64,000 bases of DNA from Botryllus schlosseri (taxonomy: Eukaryota). The notes below the pieces were generated by a model. The model was not told the DNA's origin and did no database searches. It saw nothing but the letters and a program-made list of their open reading frames with translations. The DNA lies in NCBI GenBank assembly GCA_051294905.1, contig CM119377.1:8060001-8124000 (forward strand). Direction: 5' to 3'. The position numbers and the translations under genes are program-made. Every line of letters starts with the position of its first letter. Position 1 is the first letter of the stretch. Shown one piece after another: positions 1 through 13,100 of this stretch.

Positions 1-184
1 TGCAGTAACAATTGCACAATGCACACTCAGTTAGTCTTCATGAATAATACCAGAAACATTGAGAATAATACAAAAACATTGAATTATTGCAATATCGCGA
101 GCACGATTTGATCATATGTGTCAGATTAGAAATATTGTGTTTTCTTAGTGGTCATACAATAAGGATGCACATTGCACATGTAAC

Positions 185-1990
185 CAATGTTCCCTCTAAT
201 TTTTCACGAGTCTGCGCAAATACGCCAACTCACTGCGCAGGCCCTTGGACAACAGTGCGCAACCAGCCCCCCCCCATAAGGTGATAAACCGAACTTCTGG
301 GGGGCTTCGCCCCCCAGACCCACATCAGACTACACGCTTTTCACCACTACTAATCATCTGTGTCTGGTCTTCGTTTAGTGGGCGTTCCGGCTAAACGCGC
401 GACTCGCGACAATTTTCTATAATTCATGATCAAATCGGTAAATATCATCGGGAATTGCATATATTGCTATCAATTGTAATCCTGTCTCTGCGCACGTAAT
501 CACATTTACAGGTAAAGCTGATCGAGTGAGATGTGTTGGAAAAGGTAGGACCCCTAAATATAATTAAACATCTTCGGGCGTACCCGTTGATATAATGACT
601 TCCTTACATCATGCTATTTCGTGACCTCCTATCTGCTATGCCAAAAGGCATTGAAATCTGAACATAAGTCACTTTGATTCCACTGTGACGATATGGTGAC
701 ATACTATGGATTACTAGAAGACAGACATACACGCAGGAGAACGCACTTGAAATCAATACATGCGATCGATGTATAGGCCAGGGGCTGGCAACTTCTCCAA
801 TCGGCGGGCCAGATATAGGAAAATTGAGTACTTGGCGGGCCGGATTGCTGATTCGATACATTATTCGCCCGTTTATCCAGGTTATACACGGAATAAATCG
901 TATGAAATGAATGCATTTTACCGACAGCAATGTCACTTCAAAGCCAATTCTCGCCGATAATGATGAAGACAATGTGAATCATAGTGTCATATATGGTGAA
1001 GACAGAAGCAAATCGCACGGTTCAGTGAAATTCGTCTACGTCACTCTTTCCATTTGGCAAAAACGCGGGCCGTATGTTGCCCGCCCCTGATGTAGGCCTA
1101 CCGCGTTAAAACACTGTTGCGATGTCTTAATACCGGCAATGCACTCATTACTATCAAAACATACAGTCAGATATAATGATACGAATATTCAAGTCTGATT
1201 GAAGCAAGAACAAGATCAGCGTATGACCTTGTCGACAGAAGATACCCGTTCAAACGAATCGAATAAAATCACAAATTTGTGCTGCTGAGAAGCTGATCTA
1301 ATGCTACGTCCTACAGTGCATATATTTGCTGCATTTCCCGATCAACGTTTGCAAAGGGATGGATTTTTTCAACAATATTGGTGCTTGTCCTTGCATATTC
1401 TGCATATTATCCTATATCACAATACGTGATCAGATTCGCCTGATGGACGTGATGACTTCTAAAATTCGCGGCATGTAATTGTACAGTAAATCTTACACAA
1501 TATTCATGCCACGCGGAGAACACTATTCGTTACTTTCTCGCAGTAAACTTCGAGCTAGCCCATTGTTATTTATAACTTTGTTAAACCATGTTATTTCGCC
1601 ATTCCCACAAAGGATTGCGCTATTGATATGATACGATATCAGTATCGCTCACGCGTACGATACCATAGTAAAAGAAAAATATCTTTCGTGAGTCGCATAC
1701 GATTGCAAATTCTCATTGCTTCGCGGAGCGCAATATTTGCCTTTTCGGGCCGCACTTGTAGGCCTATACCTCGGTTTCGGACTTCAGCGATAGCACTATT
1801 TACCCCTGGCAATGTTCCCTATCATTTTTCTCGAGTCTGAGCGCCTGCGCGGTGCTTTGGACAAGAGATGCGCAACGATTAAAAAAAAGTCATCACTTCG
1901 GATTTTTTGTGCGCAGCCTAGATTTTCTGTGCGCAGAGACCGTTTCAGCACTGCGCATTTGCGCACGTGCGCAGCTTAGAGGGAACATTG
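185..1990. mobile_element. Non-autonomous hAT-type element (1806 bp)
   Basis: 15 bp TIR CAATGTTCCCTCTAA at both ends. Perfect 8 bp TSD CATGTAAC at 177-184 and 1991-1998. TGCGCA-rich subterminal repeats. No transposase recognised. Confidence 0.9.
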
Positions 1991-2595
1991 CATGTAACCC
2001 TGATATACATGTGCTACAGCCATATGTTTATGTCGGACAGCAGACATCATAAAAAGCTTAAATATCTAAATAATTTCCCTGAAAACCTTGACACAGTCAG
2101 AGACGGGCAAGGAGAAAATGTCCCCCAACATCTGAAGTGTAAGATACCAGATGGGGGTAAGATACCAGATTGGAGCTCACATACGTTAGCTGATTATTGC
2201 TCGAGTATCAAACTAGACAACCTACATAATTATGGGTTATATTAGCGTAAATTTGGACCCTGAAACTCTCACTTTATATGCCCTGTAGAAGCAATATCAG
2301 TTTAAATCAACCAAATAAAGCAGCGCAAATGTTTATTTGAAGTCTATTGATTTACTTTCGACTGCTTGTGGGTTTTGGAACGCTTTATACAATAAAGACA
2401 AAATATTAAAAGTAGGTATGAGACAATGTGGTGGGTGCCTAATCCAGAAACTTGACGTGATAGAGAAAAACGGACGTCGTTTTTGAATTCAGCGCCCAAA
2501 AGTTAGTCAAAATCAATTGTCTGATCAATGTCAACAAAAATTGTGTTGACCAAAGAGTATGAGAGTAAAGAGTATATCAAGCAAGTAATCTTTTA

Positions 2596-2808
2596 GCGAG
2601 ATAGCGCTGTGTTATAATCTGTGGTTGCAACACCAATGGGCTGCGGGTTCGAGTCCAGCCGAGGTCGACTTCATAATTTCTATACTTAAGTGTTGGAGGT
2701 TTATCTAGGCTCCTCCTCGCCACCTCAACCGCGTAAGCGATGTCTTACAAAAAGTTTATAAGTGGGCCGTGCTGTAAGTCGGCAGTTACGGAATAAAAAT
2801 AAAGAATA
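2596..2808 (+). mobile_element. tRNA-derived SINE-like repeat, copy 1
   Basis: A-box-like TAGCGCTGTG (~2602), B-box GGTTCGAGTCC (~2647-2657) and an A-rich tail. Homologous to the copy ~290 bp downstream. Confidence 0.65.
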
Positions 2809-2886
2809 TCGGTCTGATGTAAATTCCCATCAGTAGTCGACACACATCATCAATACCACAGGACAAAAAGCAGCTGAGTAATCAGT

Positions 2887-3087
2887 GGCGAGTTAGCGCA
2901 GTGGTGCAATCCACAGCTGCAACACCAACGGGATGCGGGTTCTAGTCCGAACGAGGTCGACTCCAAAATTACTACTTAGGTGTTGGAGGTTATCCAGGCT
3001 CCTCCTCGCCATCTCATCCGCGTTAGCGGTGTTTTTTAACATCCTTAACGTGGGCTGCACTACAGCTGCGGAATAAAATGAAGAATA
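2887..3087 (+). mobile_element. tRNA-derived SINE-like repeat, copy 2
   Basis: A-box TAGCGCAGTGG and degenerate B-box GGTTCTAGTCC. Shares the body (GTGTTGGAGGTT..AGGCTCCTCCTCGCCA) and the GGAATAAAA tail with copy 1. Confidence 0.65.
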
Positions 3088-3448
3088 TCGGCCTGCTGTA
3101 GATGATCATTGTAGTCGAAAAATATTATAAATACCACAAACAATAACAAACGAGGAAGCACGTATCATATCAGTAATTTGTGTTTTACTTAGTAATGACC
3201 ATAGTAGTCGACAAACGCCATGAATGCCTCAAACAAACATACAAACCTAACTCATCATGAAAATACAAAGAAAAAACGCGATGAAAACGATGTATTATAA
3301 ATGACACACATGTACCTTCGGACTTTCGGCACGTCGAAATTTAAACTTAATTATAAGTACTGATATATTTCCAGAATTTAACACAGATCTATCACATTGA
3401 AGCCGTAATATGTTCTCGTAACTTCTGGTTTTCGAATCTTTACGGTAC

Positions 3449-3944
3449 CAGAGGGGTCACCAACGCGGTGTCCGCGGGCTACCGGTAGCCCGCGAGGACC
3501 AAATTAGTAGCCCGTAGTCGTAGTAGCAAATATCCAAATTAAAGATTTGAAAGTCGAAGCAGAGAAGGGTTTTATATGGGCAGCAGTTTAACATGGGTCA
3601 GTCGAGCCCAAGGAACATACAAAATGAACGCAGTTTTCGATCGGGGCGTTGCTCGTCTTCGCCCACGCGAAGGCCTGACGGGAATATTCATGAGTCTCGA
3701 CTCGGAGATTGGCGCTTCGGGGCGCAGTGCGGCAACGCAACTGAGTCCGGAGACGCTGATGAGAGACCCGTTAAATAAGAGTTTTCTGTTCTGGGTAAGG
3801 GGTGGAAACCCTACCCAGTGCTTTGAATGTCAAAGTGAAGAAATCCAACTGAGCGAGGAGAAACGGCGTGAGTAATTGGTAGCCCGTCGCATTAATCAGA
3901 ACCCAAGAAGTAGCTCTTGGTTTCAAAAAGGTTGGTGACGCCTG
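3449..3944. mobile_element. hAT-like MITE whose interior is 28S rRNA-derived
   Basis: Ends CAGAGGGGTCACCAAC / GTTGGTGACGCCTG form an imperfect TIR. The flanks share only GTAC, with no clean 8 bp TSD. GTAGCCCG subterminal repeats occur in both arms. Confidence 0.7.
3517..3875 (+). pseudogene. Diverged, internally deleted 28S (LSU) rRNA fragment
   Basis: Matches conserved LSU motifs: TAGTAGCAAATAT, GAGAAGGGTT, CAGCAGTT-AACATGGGTCAGTCG and CAGTGCGG-AACGC. After a jump at ~3812/3813 it matches CCCAGTGCT-TGAATGTCAAAGTGAAGAAAT-CAA and AAACGGCG-GAGTAA. It is short and not in an rDNA unit context. Confidence 0.85.
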
Positions 3945-4146
3945 GTACCTTTTCTACCATTAAATCCTGAATATAATACTTTGAAAATGAGACCATACTT
4001 AGTTCATAGATTTATCCGGGTACATCAAACTCACAACGCATTGTCCCAAACAAATATGCCGCGTAACTACTTATACATCGCGAGCAATATATACATTTTA
4101 CATCCATATGGAGCTGACCACGCGTGAACCGATACATTTTTTCCAG

Positions 4147-7100
4147 GAACCAATATCAGGACAGACGCCGTAATATGTTTATGGTAAGTATAGGTAACAT
4201 GTGGGTTAGTATAGGTTTTTGCAAACAACGATCACGTCAATTCCGACACAATCGACGCCGCTAATTTATACCATGTCGCTAATTCGATTCCCAACCTTGC
4301 TTAGAAAATGCCTGATATTCCCGGCTATATCTGAGATATTCATATTGTCGGATATTGATGCTGGGAATAGAATATGTATGTATTGCACAGCAACGAATGA
4401 TGTCCAACGTACATGGGCGTCCTGGACAGTTTCACCGCTTTGGATTCCCAGAAGGAAATAACAGAATGCCATGGGCAGGGACAACTGGCGGCGAAATGTT
4501 CGGACCATATATTCGCCATCACGCAACACCGCAGGAATATCTTGCCGCGAGATACGGACGATATTATAGACAGCATCGTAAGTGGTGACAATTTTCGAAT
4601 ACGGAAAGTAGCAGTATAGCATACTTGTCATACATAGATTACATACCCCATGACGCCATTAGAATGACTGTTTGACTGTTTAATCTCAGCCGCCAATTCT
4701 TTACATTAGTAAATTATGGTACGGAAGAGGTTTTACAGGTCGTATGACCGATTCCTCTCGTCACTACCAAATCCGCATATAGGCGCTGCCTATTAGGCAG
4801 CGTGCAATAAAACCTACAGCAAAATAACCGTACCAGAGATGCCGACTGAAAAGGATTCAAGAACAAGCATATAGTGTATAGACCTAGAGTAAAATAAATG
4901 TAGAAGTCGAAGAGTCATTGATAGACAGTTGGCAATTGACAGTCACTGAAAGCTGACGATAATATGAGTAGGCTACAGCCATTAGAGATGTACGGATCGT
5001 TGTTTTTCGGAATCCGGATACTGTTTGATATTCAGATTTGTCAAAATTCTGATGCGATGCTAGGCTGCCGAGTCGAAGTTTATACAAAACGCCGAAGTAT
5101 AGACAGACAGAATGTCCCTTTCATGCATATAGAAATATATTATCCTGTCCTGATCCTGGCAAAAGTGTGAATCTGAATCTGAACTTCCTTGAAAACAACT
5201 TGCCGGATTCATATATCCGGTTACAGTACTGATTCTGTACATCTCTAACAGTCACATATGCCGCACAATATCAGGATATTTTATTCATTCGAACGTAACG
5301 TTTTCGCATTAACAATAATACTTATATCTTTATTCGACAATTAGCTTATCATGAAAATGCCGAGGAAGACGACGACGACGATGATGACGAAGATGACAAC
5401 GACGACGATGATGATGACGAAGATGACAACGACGACGAAGACGAGGAAGAATACGACGATGACAACGAGGGCGAAGAAGATGACGACGACGAAGAAGATG
5501 AGGATGATGATGACGATGATGAAGATCATGACGACGATGACGAGGAAGAGGAGGACGATGACGAAGAGGATGAAGAAGAAGGTAAGGAAAAATTGCGTGT
5601 AAAATCTTGAGACGATAGGTAATAAGAGACATATCTTGATAGGAAGTGAAGCGTTGCGATTGGAAATCGAGGTATACAAAACATCCATGACGTGAATATG
5701 CGAATGAGAGCAAAACACGCTGATGTATCGAATTATCATCTTTAATGGAGTAGAACTAAATACGGGCCGAATTTTTCTTCATAAGTATAATACGTAAAGG
5801 TTACGGCCCTGTTCGAGTTCGTTATCTCCTCAACCCTGCATCATTATACAAGTTTTTCTGTTGTCATCTTGCACCATGCAGACTTTAGAACTGGTTCGGA
5901 CTTTATACTTTCTCGATTGTTGCAGATATCTCTTGTGCTGATTTCGAGGACGATCCCGCTGAAGCATGCAGGGAGATTGGCCAAAGAACGAAAAAATGCG
6001 ATGTTGAGCTTGAACGAGGTAGGCCTACATAATAAACTCTAAAATAAATAAATAGTATGATGTAATACACATATTACAAATAAATAGATAACAAAATACA
6101 GTCGGATCAATAGTAGTCATGGGACCATGTCTTGTCCAATTACGGCGGACTATACTCTGGGTAGGCTATATATAGCCAGAAGGCAATAAAGATAACACTA
6201 CTTCACGCAATGTCATTCGTCCGAATGTCACGTTTCCAAGTGAGAACATTTCCCATGGAAAATGGAGTTGGAAATTCAAAATTCGGGAGAATAAAATTCG
6301 TCTTCTGACATCTATCATGATTCATGAGTAGGGCTGGGGAATAAGAATGATTAGGAAAGTTCAAATATGTAGGCCTACGTACATATTATGTGACCATAAT
6401 TACCGGTTTTATATCCCATTGAAGGTAATTTTGCCTTTTTCCGACAGTACCTTTTTGCTTTGTGCTTTGTGACAGTTGCCGTGGATTTATTACGACTTCA
6501 CAGATATCTCAGTTATACTAACGTGCGTACAGCTTTATACTATATACAACATTACTTCGTATGTTTTGCATTCTACTATATTGATGCTTCAAGGCTTACA
6601 AAGTGGAAGACTACATCGAAAGTATAATTCCCGTTGCGAATAGCTATATTATAGTGACAAGTATCCTCTAATTTCAGTACTTGAAAAAATAATCTCTCAC
6701 TGCTCGATTCAGTTTTGAGTATACTGGAATCATTGTTCCAACCCGTATTCATGAGTATTGAGTATTTGCAATCATGCATACCAATCCGTTTGTATATCAG
6801 TATGCCCGGAGTTCGCGACCCTTCGGCGTCGCATTGAAGACCGCATTGGCGGTTCGATTTCCAGCCAACAGTCCCGGCAAGTTGTGTTCGGTCCCGGAAG
6901 ACAGAGGATCCAACATTCTCGAACTGAACGTCAATGGGGAGGAAGAAGTGGATCAGACGATCCAGTTACGATTGAGCACGTAAGTTCGACAACAGTGAAA
7001 TGTGAGAATGTCAGTTAAAGGACGGAGATCATGAAGCTGATTAAGAGTCGATTATCACGTTCATCAGGATTTAATAATCCAGGATTGAGAAAACCGGTTG

Positions 7101-10100
7101 ATCGCTGCACATAAAGTCGATCGAGTTACATTTTTAGTATCATGATTCAATTGAATAGTATATTCATATTGAAATGAACCCGAATATTTTCGGCTGACAC
7201 TCGTCAGGGTACTCGTCAGCAACTATAGTAGAGAATTCAAAAGAACATCGTATATCAACAATCGTAACACAAAATATGACGTCACCAGCACGAAATGTCG
7301 AATACGAGAGCGTTCAATGTACTATTTTTAGATGATACACGAACTCCTTTTGTTGACACAGCCTTGGCTGGTGTATTTTGATAAAAGTCGACTCCAAGGC
7401 ACACAAATGAAAGTGTGAGCGACCCTTTCCGAGTATGCGAAATCTGTCGTCTCGATAATTTTTTCGCACAGGCGGGATTATCCAACAAGTGTTTGGCAAT
7501 TGCAGAATTTATGGCCTTTGATTGTTCCGCATCAATCTTGAGTGGGTGAGTTAAGGGTGAGCTTTTCACCGAGCGTGTTCTAATGAATCTAGGGACATGC
7601 TGCAAGCGCTTTGACGTTCTTCCCACGTAGCCACAATCACAGTGACACTTAAATTCGTAAACTACATTGCTTTGTTGAAGTGCGGGAAGCACGTCTTTAC
7701 GTGTTGCAGGGAGCAGTTGCGTTGTCGTGAAAATCACGTTGTCGTGAAAATCACGTCACTGTGTCGTAACACTTATTGACCGCTGAAATCAATTGTTTTT
7801 CAAAGCGGGCGGAAATAGGCCCTATCCAAGGTAGATGGATGTAAACATCTTTGGTTGTTCGTTCGGTACTCGGTAGGCTCTGTTGACTTTTCTGCATTGA
7901 GTTGCGTTACTTTCCTCTCTATGCTGCGGTTGATGACATGTTCAGGGTAACCGTTATTAAGTAAGATTTTGCGGATGTTGTCAAGTTCCGAGTTCCGTTT
8001 ATTACCCGAACGTATCCAGACATGGGGTGATTACTTCATGAATGTAATCGATTGCGATTACGATTACTTCTGAATGACGCGATTACGATTACGATTACGA
8101 TTACAGCAAAATCAGGAAGTAGTCGATTACGATTACGATTACATTGGAAAAGTAATCACGATTACTCACGATTACATTTATTTTGCATCTTAGAAGTTAT
8201 ATTGGAAGACAATATATGGATTGGGCTGAAAAGGCCTAATGAGATAACAAACTTCCTTTAAAAAGATGCGTCATTTGCTTGTTACGTCATAATGAGTACA
8301 TATTGCCCATTTTTATAGTAGACGATATATCGCACCCAACGATTTGCATTCTTGCCAGGTCCATGACTGCCGCACCCCAAATTTCCCAATTGGGTGGGGA
8401 GCGAGCTCGAGTGGGACTCAAAAGTATTTCGTAAGTCAACATAAATTATAGAGTATTTTCGAGAGATTTAATTACCTTGAAAATTATGTTTTTTCAAGTT
8501 GTAAAATTATGCCATATTTGTGTAAATGCTTTCGAAAAAACATGTTGTATGAGAGTACGGACAATTGCCACCCGATTTAACCGACATACATCGATATAGG
8601 AGGATTGGAACCCCTCAAAATAGTCGATTCAACAGTTATATTAAAGATATTTCGTCAAAGGAGCTATATTTACCCTATCTTTTCAATTGTCAATGTCAAA
8701 CCACATTCGTGACGTCATTGCTTAAAAAAGAAGCAATAAAAAACATGTTTTAAACAAGAGCCTTCTTTTAAATGTTTGCTTTAAATTGATCTTTGTTTTA
8801 AAAGCAACCCTGATTTAAAGTAATATGCATTTAGGTTCCAGTCAATACCGTGCCACGACACACCAAAAGACATATGCAGTTTAGACCAACTCGCGACTTC
8901 ACGAAGTGTGCTACTAAAGAAAGACCTTAGCCGAAACTTAATGTATGTGCCCATTGTCAATAGCCGCGCTGGGTGGGCGTGACTAATAGTATGGTCCTTC
9001 CAATCTGAGCCCACAATGCAAATGCCACTCCCGGACACCCACGGAGCATTAAAGACATAACAATTTGTGTGTGCGTCTCACGTAAGTTTTTTCTTGTAGT
9101 CTGCTACGTTTGGGATACAACAATATCTTTTGATTATATAACAGACCGGAGGCCATGAATTAACAACATACCCTGAAGTGATTATAACAAGATACCAGAC
9201 GTAAATCTGACCATCGGGGGGCAGAGAGAGGATTAAAAATTAATGATAATATAATGCAATTATCAATGTTATTGACGACGTTCAGTCTTCAACTTGAAAA
9301 AATCACCCTATGATGGCCAAATACCAAGGTTTGGACTGGGGGACAAATTGCTGTTTTGGTTCTGATTCTAGCTATATCCCACGCTAACATGATATAGAAG
9401 CCCGTGGCTATGGCGGCAGGTCCCTATGTTGAGTAAAAAATAGTGAAATAACGATTGGCGCCCGTTTCAGGTAAAGTCATATGAGAATAACATGAAGAGA
9501 ACATACAACTCTGTCTTCAACTAAAGACAGATAATGTACTGCAAGCTGCCGTTACGAGAAACGGCAAAAACGCCTCGGTTATCATATATATCAGCAGCTG
9601 TTGATGTTTAATGCTTCGTTTTATTTGACGAGTACGAAATTTCAAATCTTTGTCCGGTGTACGTACGTACACTGTAAGTTTTTTCATGTCATTGAAATCA
9701 GAAAAGCCAACACTTTTTTCGTCAAAAAAGATCCCACGAAAAATGTCCTAGATGATGTCGATTGTGCTTTATATTTAGGTGTTTCCATATATAGGTGTTT
9801 CCGTATTTAGGTGTTTCCAATCTAGGTGATACCTCAATGCGGCCTGATATAGAATACTAAATAATCTGGCGTACATGTCAAGTCGACCTGTCCTCGAAAT
9901 AACACTAAAACCACCTGGTGTACTCGACGACATCTAAAACTGTTCGAATCCCGCATGGAACATTTTATTATAAACGGAAAAATGAACGTGCAAAGAAATC
10001 AACAAGTAAACGCAATGAAATTGAAGGCAAGAAATAGGACTTGCATCAGCATAAATTAGAGCCGAATTTTTTAATTTAGAATTATAAAAAACTAATTAGA

Positions 10101-13100
10101 GTTTTTGATTATGTAACATAATTAGTACAAGTACTAAAACGTACTCCAAAGTACTATACTCAATAAACGAATGCAGAGAGGAACTTAACCTCACAGGATT
10201 TGTACGATCTAACGTACTTGTGAAGTACTACTCAAAGAACGATAGTGAGAAACCCGGAAAAAGTCTTATTCTGGAGCTGATTGTTGAAATCTTAAAAAGA
10301 AATCAGCCAATCTGGTAGACACATATTGAGCACTTTTGTCACCTATTACCACATGTTGAACGAAAGCCAGAAGCTGAAAATCTTTCGGATATGATAGGTC
10401 CCAGGCATAATAGCATGCCATAATATTAATTAACATGTCAAAGACCGTATCGTATTCTTGGCAAGAAATTTTGTGGCCATCAGTCAGAATCCAGCCCTGG
10501 ATCTTGCCATTTTCGTGCTTGGCAACAACCAAATGTGGAGGGTGTGATCATTAGCAGTGGATTTCAGTATCTTGAGCCTGAAATGGAAGTATTTTTTGAA
10601 AATTCAAACTATGCATACGACTGTCAACAACAGGGGTAACATCTCTACACCAGTAATTCACCAAGTTATTTAGACACACCACACAATAAATATTCCAGTC
10701 TTTGGTATGACCCGGCCGGGGATCAAACCCACGACCTACCGATCGAGAACCCGGACGCATAACCATTACACATCTCGCTCACCACTGCCGCACAGTCAGC
10801 TGCATGTATCAGTGATTGACATCATTATATAAACTTAGTTATAATCAAGTACCTGTTCCACTGACAATGCAGATACTGTGGACTTCTTTTTAGAGTTCAG
10901 GCTGGCGTCGGTCTTCTTCCACTTTACTCTGCCATCGGCGAGTTGCGATTGTACTTTCAGCAGATTTTTAAGTTGATCATTCACACTATACTGAAAAACA
11001 AAAAGAGAAGTTACTATCAATCATTCTAAATCATAATAGCTTTGCAAGTCCCAATTTACCCCAATTTTGTGTAATTAGTTCTCATCTCATCAATTGTAGT
11101 TGGTGCAATCAACTTCCAGAAATCTTCCCTGACCTGTAAAATTTTTTTTCAGTATTATATTAGGAACTATCACTATATTCTTTGTGGCCGTATAAAAGGC
11201 ACATAATTCCTACCCCAAATCATTCATGTTGTGACATCAGAATGAGTGATACAGGAATACAAGTCTCGACCGTAATACTCAATTCAGAGTCAATACACTG
11301 ACGCACACTCGATATCGCAGAGGCCTAATGATAAATCATACATGCGCTCACCAGTCTGATATCACCCAAGGTTGGGAAAGGTTGCAGAATTTCATTGAGA
11401 GGGATCCCTTTCTTCGTTAGCTGAGCATGCCGGTGCCCGTACAATTGTTTGAAAAGAGTCACGATTTTCTGCAAGTTGCAGTCCTCGTTGTCAAATTCCT
11501 TTTGCAGCTGACGAGTTGCTTCTTTAACAGTCAACTTGAATCCACCTGAATGTGTAAATATTAGTTCAACTACGCTGTAATTTACACCGGCGCACATCAC
11601 CGGACTACTTTTTTCTACTCGCAGTACAAAATATGCCGTAATTTACACCGGCACACATCACCGGACTACTTCTATTTACTCGCAGTACAAAATATGCTGT
11701 AATTTACACCGGCACACATCACCGGACTACTTCTATTTACTCGCAGTACAAAATATGCTGTAATTTACACCGGCACACATAACCGGACTACTTCTATTTA
11801 CTCGCAGTACAAACTATGCTGTAATTTACACCGGCACACATCACCGGACTACTTTTTTCTACTCGCAGTACAAACTATGCTGTAATTTACACCGGCACAC
11901 ATCACTGGACTACTTCTATTTACTCGCAGTACAAAATATGCTGTAATTTACAACGGCACACATCACCGGACTACTTTTTTCTACTCGCAGTACAAACTAT
12001 GCTGTAATTTACACCGGCACACATCACCGGACTACTTCTATTTACTCGCAGTACAAAATATGCTGTAATTTACACCGGCACACATCACCGGACTACTTTT
12101 TTCTACTCGCAGTACAAACTATGCTGTAATTTACACCGGCACACATCACCGGACTACTTCTATTTACTCGCAGTACAAAATATGCTGTAATTTACACCGG
12201 CACACATCACCGGACTACTTTTTTCTACTCGCAGTACAAACTATGCTGTAATTTACACCGGCACACATCACCGGACTACTTTTTTCTACTCGCAGTACAA
12301 AATATGCTGTAATTTACACCGGCACACATCACCGGACTACTTCTATTTACTCGCAGTACAAAATATGCTGTAATTTACACCGGCACACATCACCGGACTA
12401 CTTCTATTTACTTGCAGTACAAACTATGCTGTAATTTACACCGGCACACATCACCGGACTACTTTTTTCTACTCGCAGTACAAACTATGCTGTAATTTAC
12501 ACCGGCACACATCACCGGACTACTTCCATTTACTCGCAGTACAAACTATGCTGTAATTTACACCGGCACACATCACCGGACTACTTTTTTCTACTCGCAG
12601 TACAAACTATGCTGTAATTTACACCGGCACACATCACCGGACTACTTCTATTTACTCGCAGTACAAAATATGCTGTAATTTACACCGGCACACATCACCG
12701 GACTACTTCTATTTACTCGCAGTACAAAATATGCTGTAATTTACACCGGCACACATAACCGGACTACTTCTATTTACTCGCAGTACAAACTATGCTGTAA
12801 TTTACACCGGCACACATCACCGGACTACTTCTATTTACTTGCAGTACAAACTATGCTGTAATTTACACCGGCACACATCACCGGACTACTTTTTTCTACT
12901 CGCAGTACAAACTATGCTGTAATTTACACCGGCACACATCACCGGACTACTTCCATTTACTCGCAGTACAAACTATGCTGTAATTTACACCGGCACACAT
13001 CACCGGACTACTTTTTTCTACTCGCAGTACAAACTATGCTGTAATTTACACCGGCACACATCACCGGACTACTTCTATTTACTCGCAGTACAAAATATGC

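Noticed and set aside
2596-3087. tRNA genes (also 10690-10789)
   Set aside because: A/B boxes are present but there is no consistent cloverleaf or acceptor stem, and they continue into SINE-like bodies.
3517-3875. Functional 28S rRNA gene
   Set aside because: Only ~360 bp, internally deleted, with substitutions in conserved motifs, and flanked by transposon ends. ORFs 3576-3875 and 3593-3778 are incidental.
4266-4631. - strand ORFs over the 4391-4577 exon; also a LicD-like reading (YL..RYG) and a ShKT reading of the Cys exon
   Set aside because: Splice sites favour the + strand exon. The LicD and ShKT resemblances are limited to a few residues and the ShKT Cys pattern is incomplete; clusterin explains more features.
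5330-5739. ORF-track proteins 5351-5602 (Thr/Met/Lys), 5341-5739 (hydrophobic) and 5330-5713 (His/Arg)
   Set aside because: These are alternative-frame or antisense shadows of the Asp/Glu exon. Splice phases support only the acidic frame.
8052-8261. ORFs such as MRLRLLL.. (8052, 25011, 21998) and ITITIT/LQLQL/NYNY (19332, 19340)
   Set aside because: These are translations of hexamer subterminal repeats (GATTAC, AATTGT) of non-autonomous hAT elements.
8730-8813. Additional complete hAT element ending ..AAAAGCAACCCTG
   Set aside because: It resembles the 22557-23995 terminus, but I found no matching left end or TSD; at most an orphan end.
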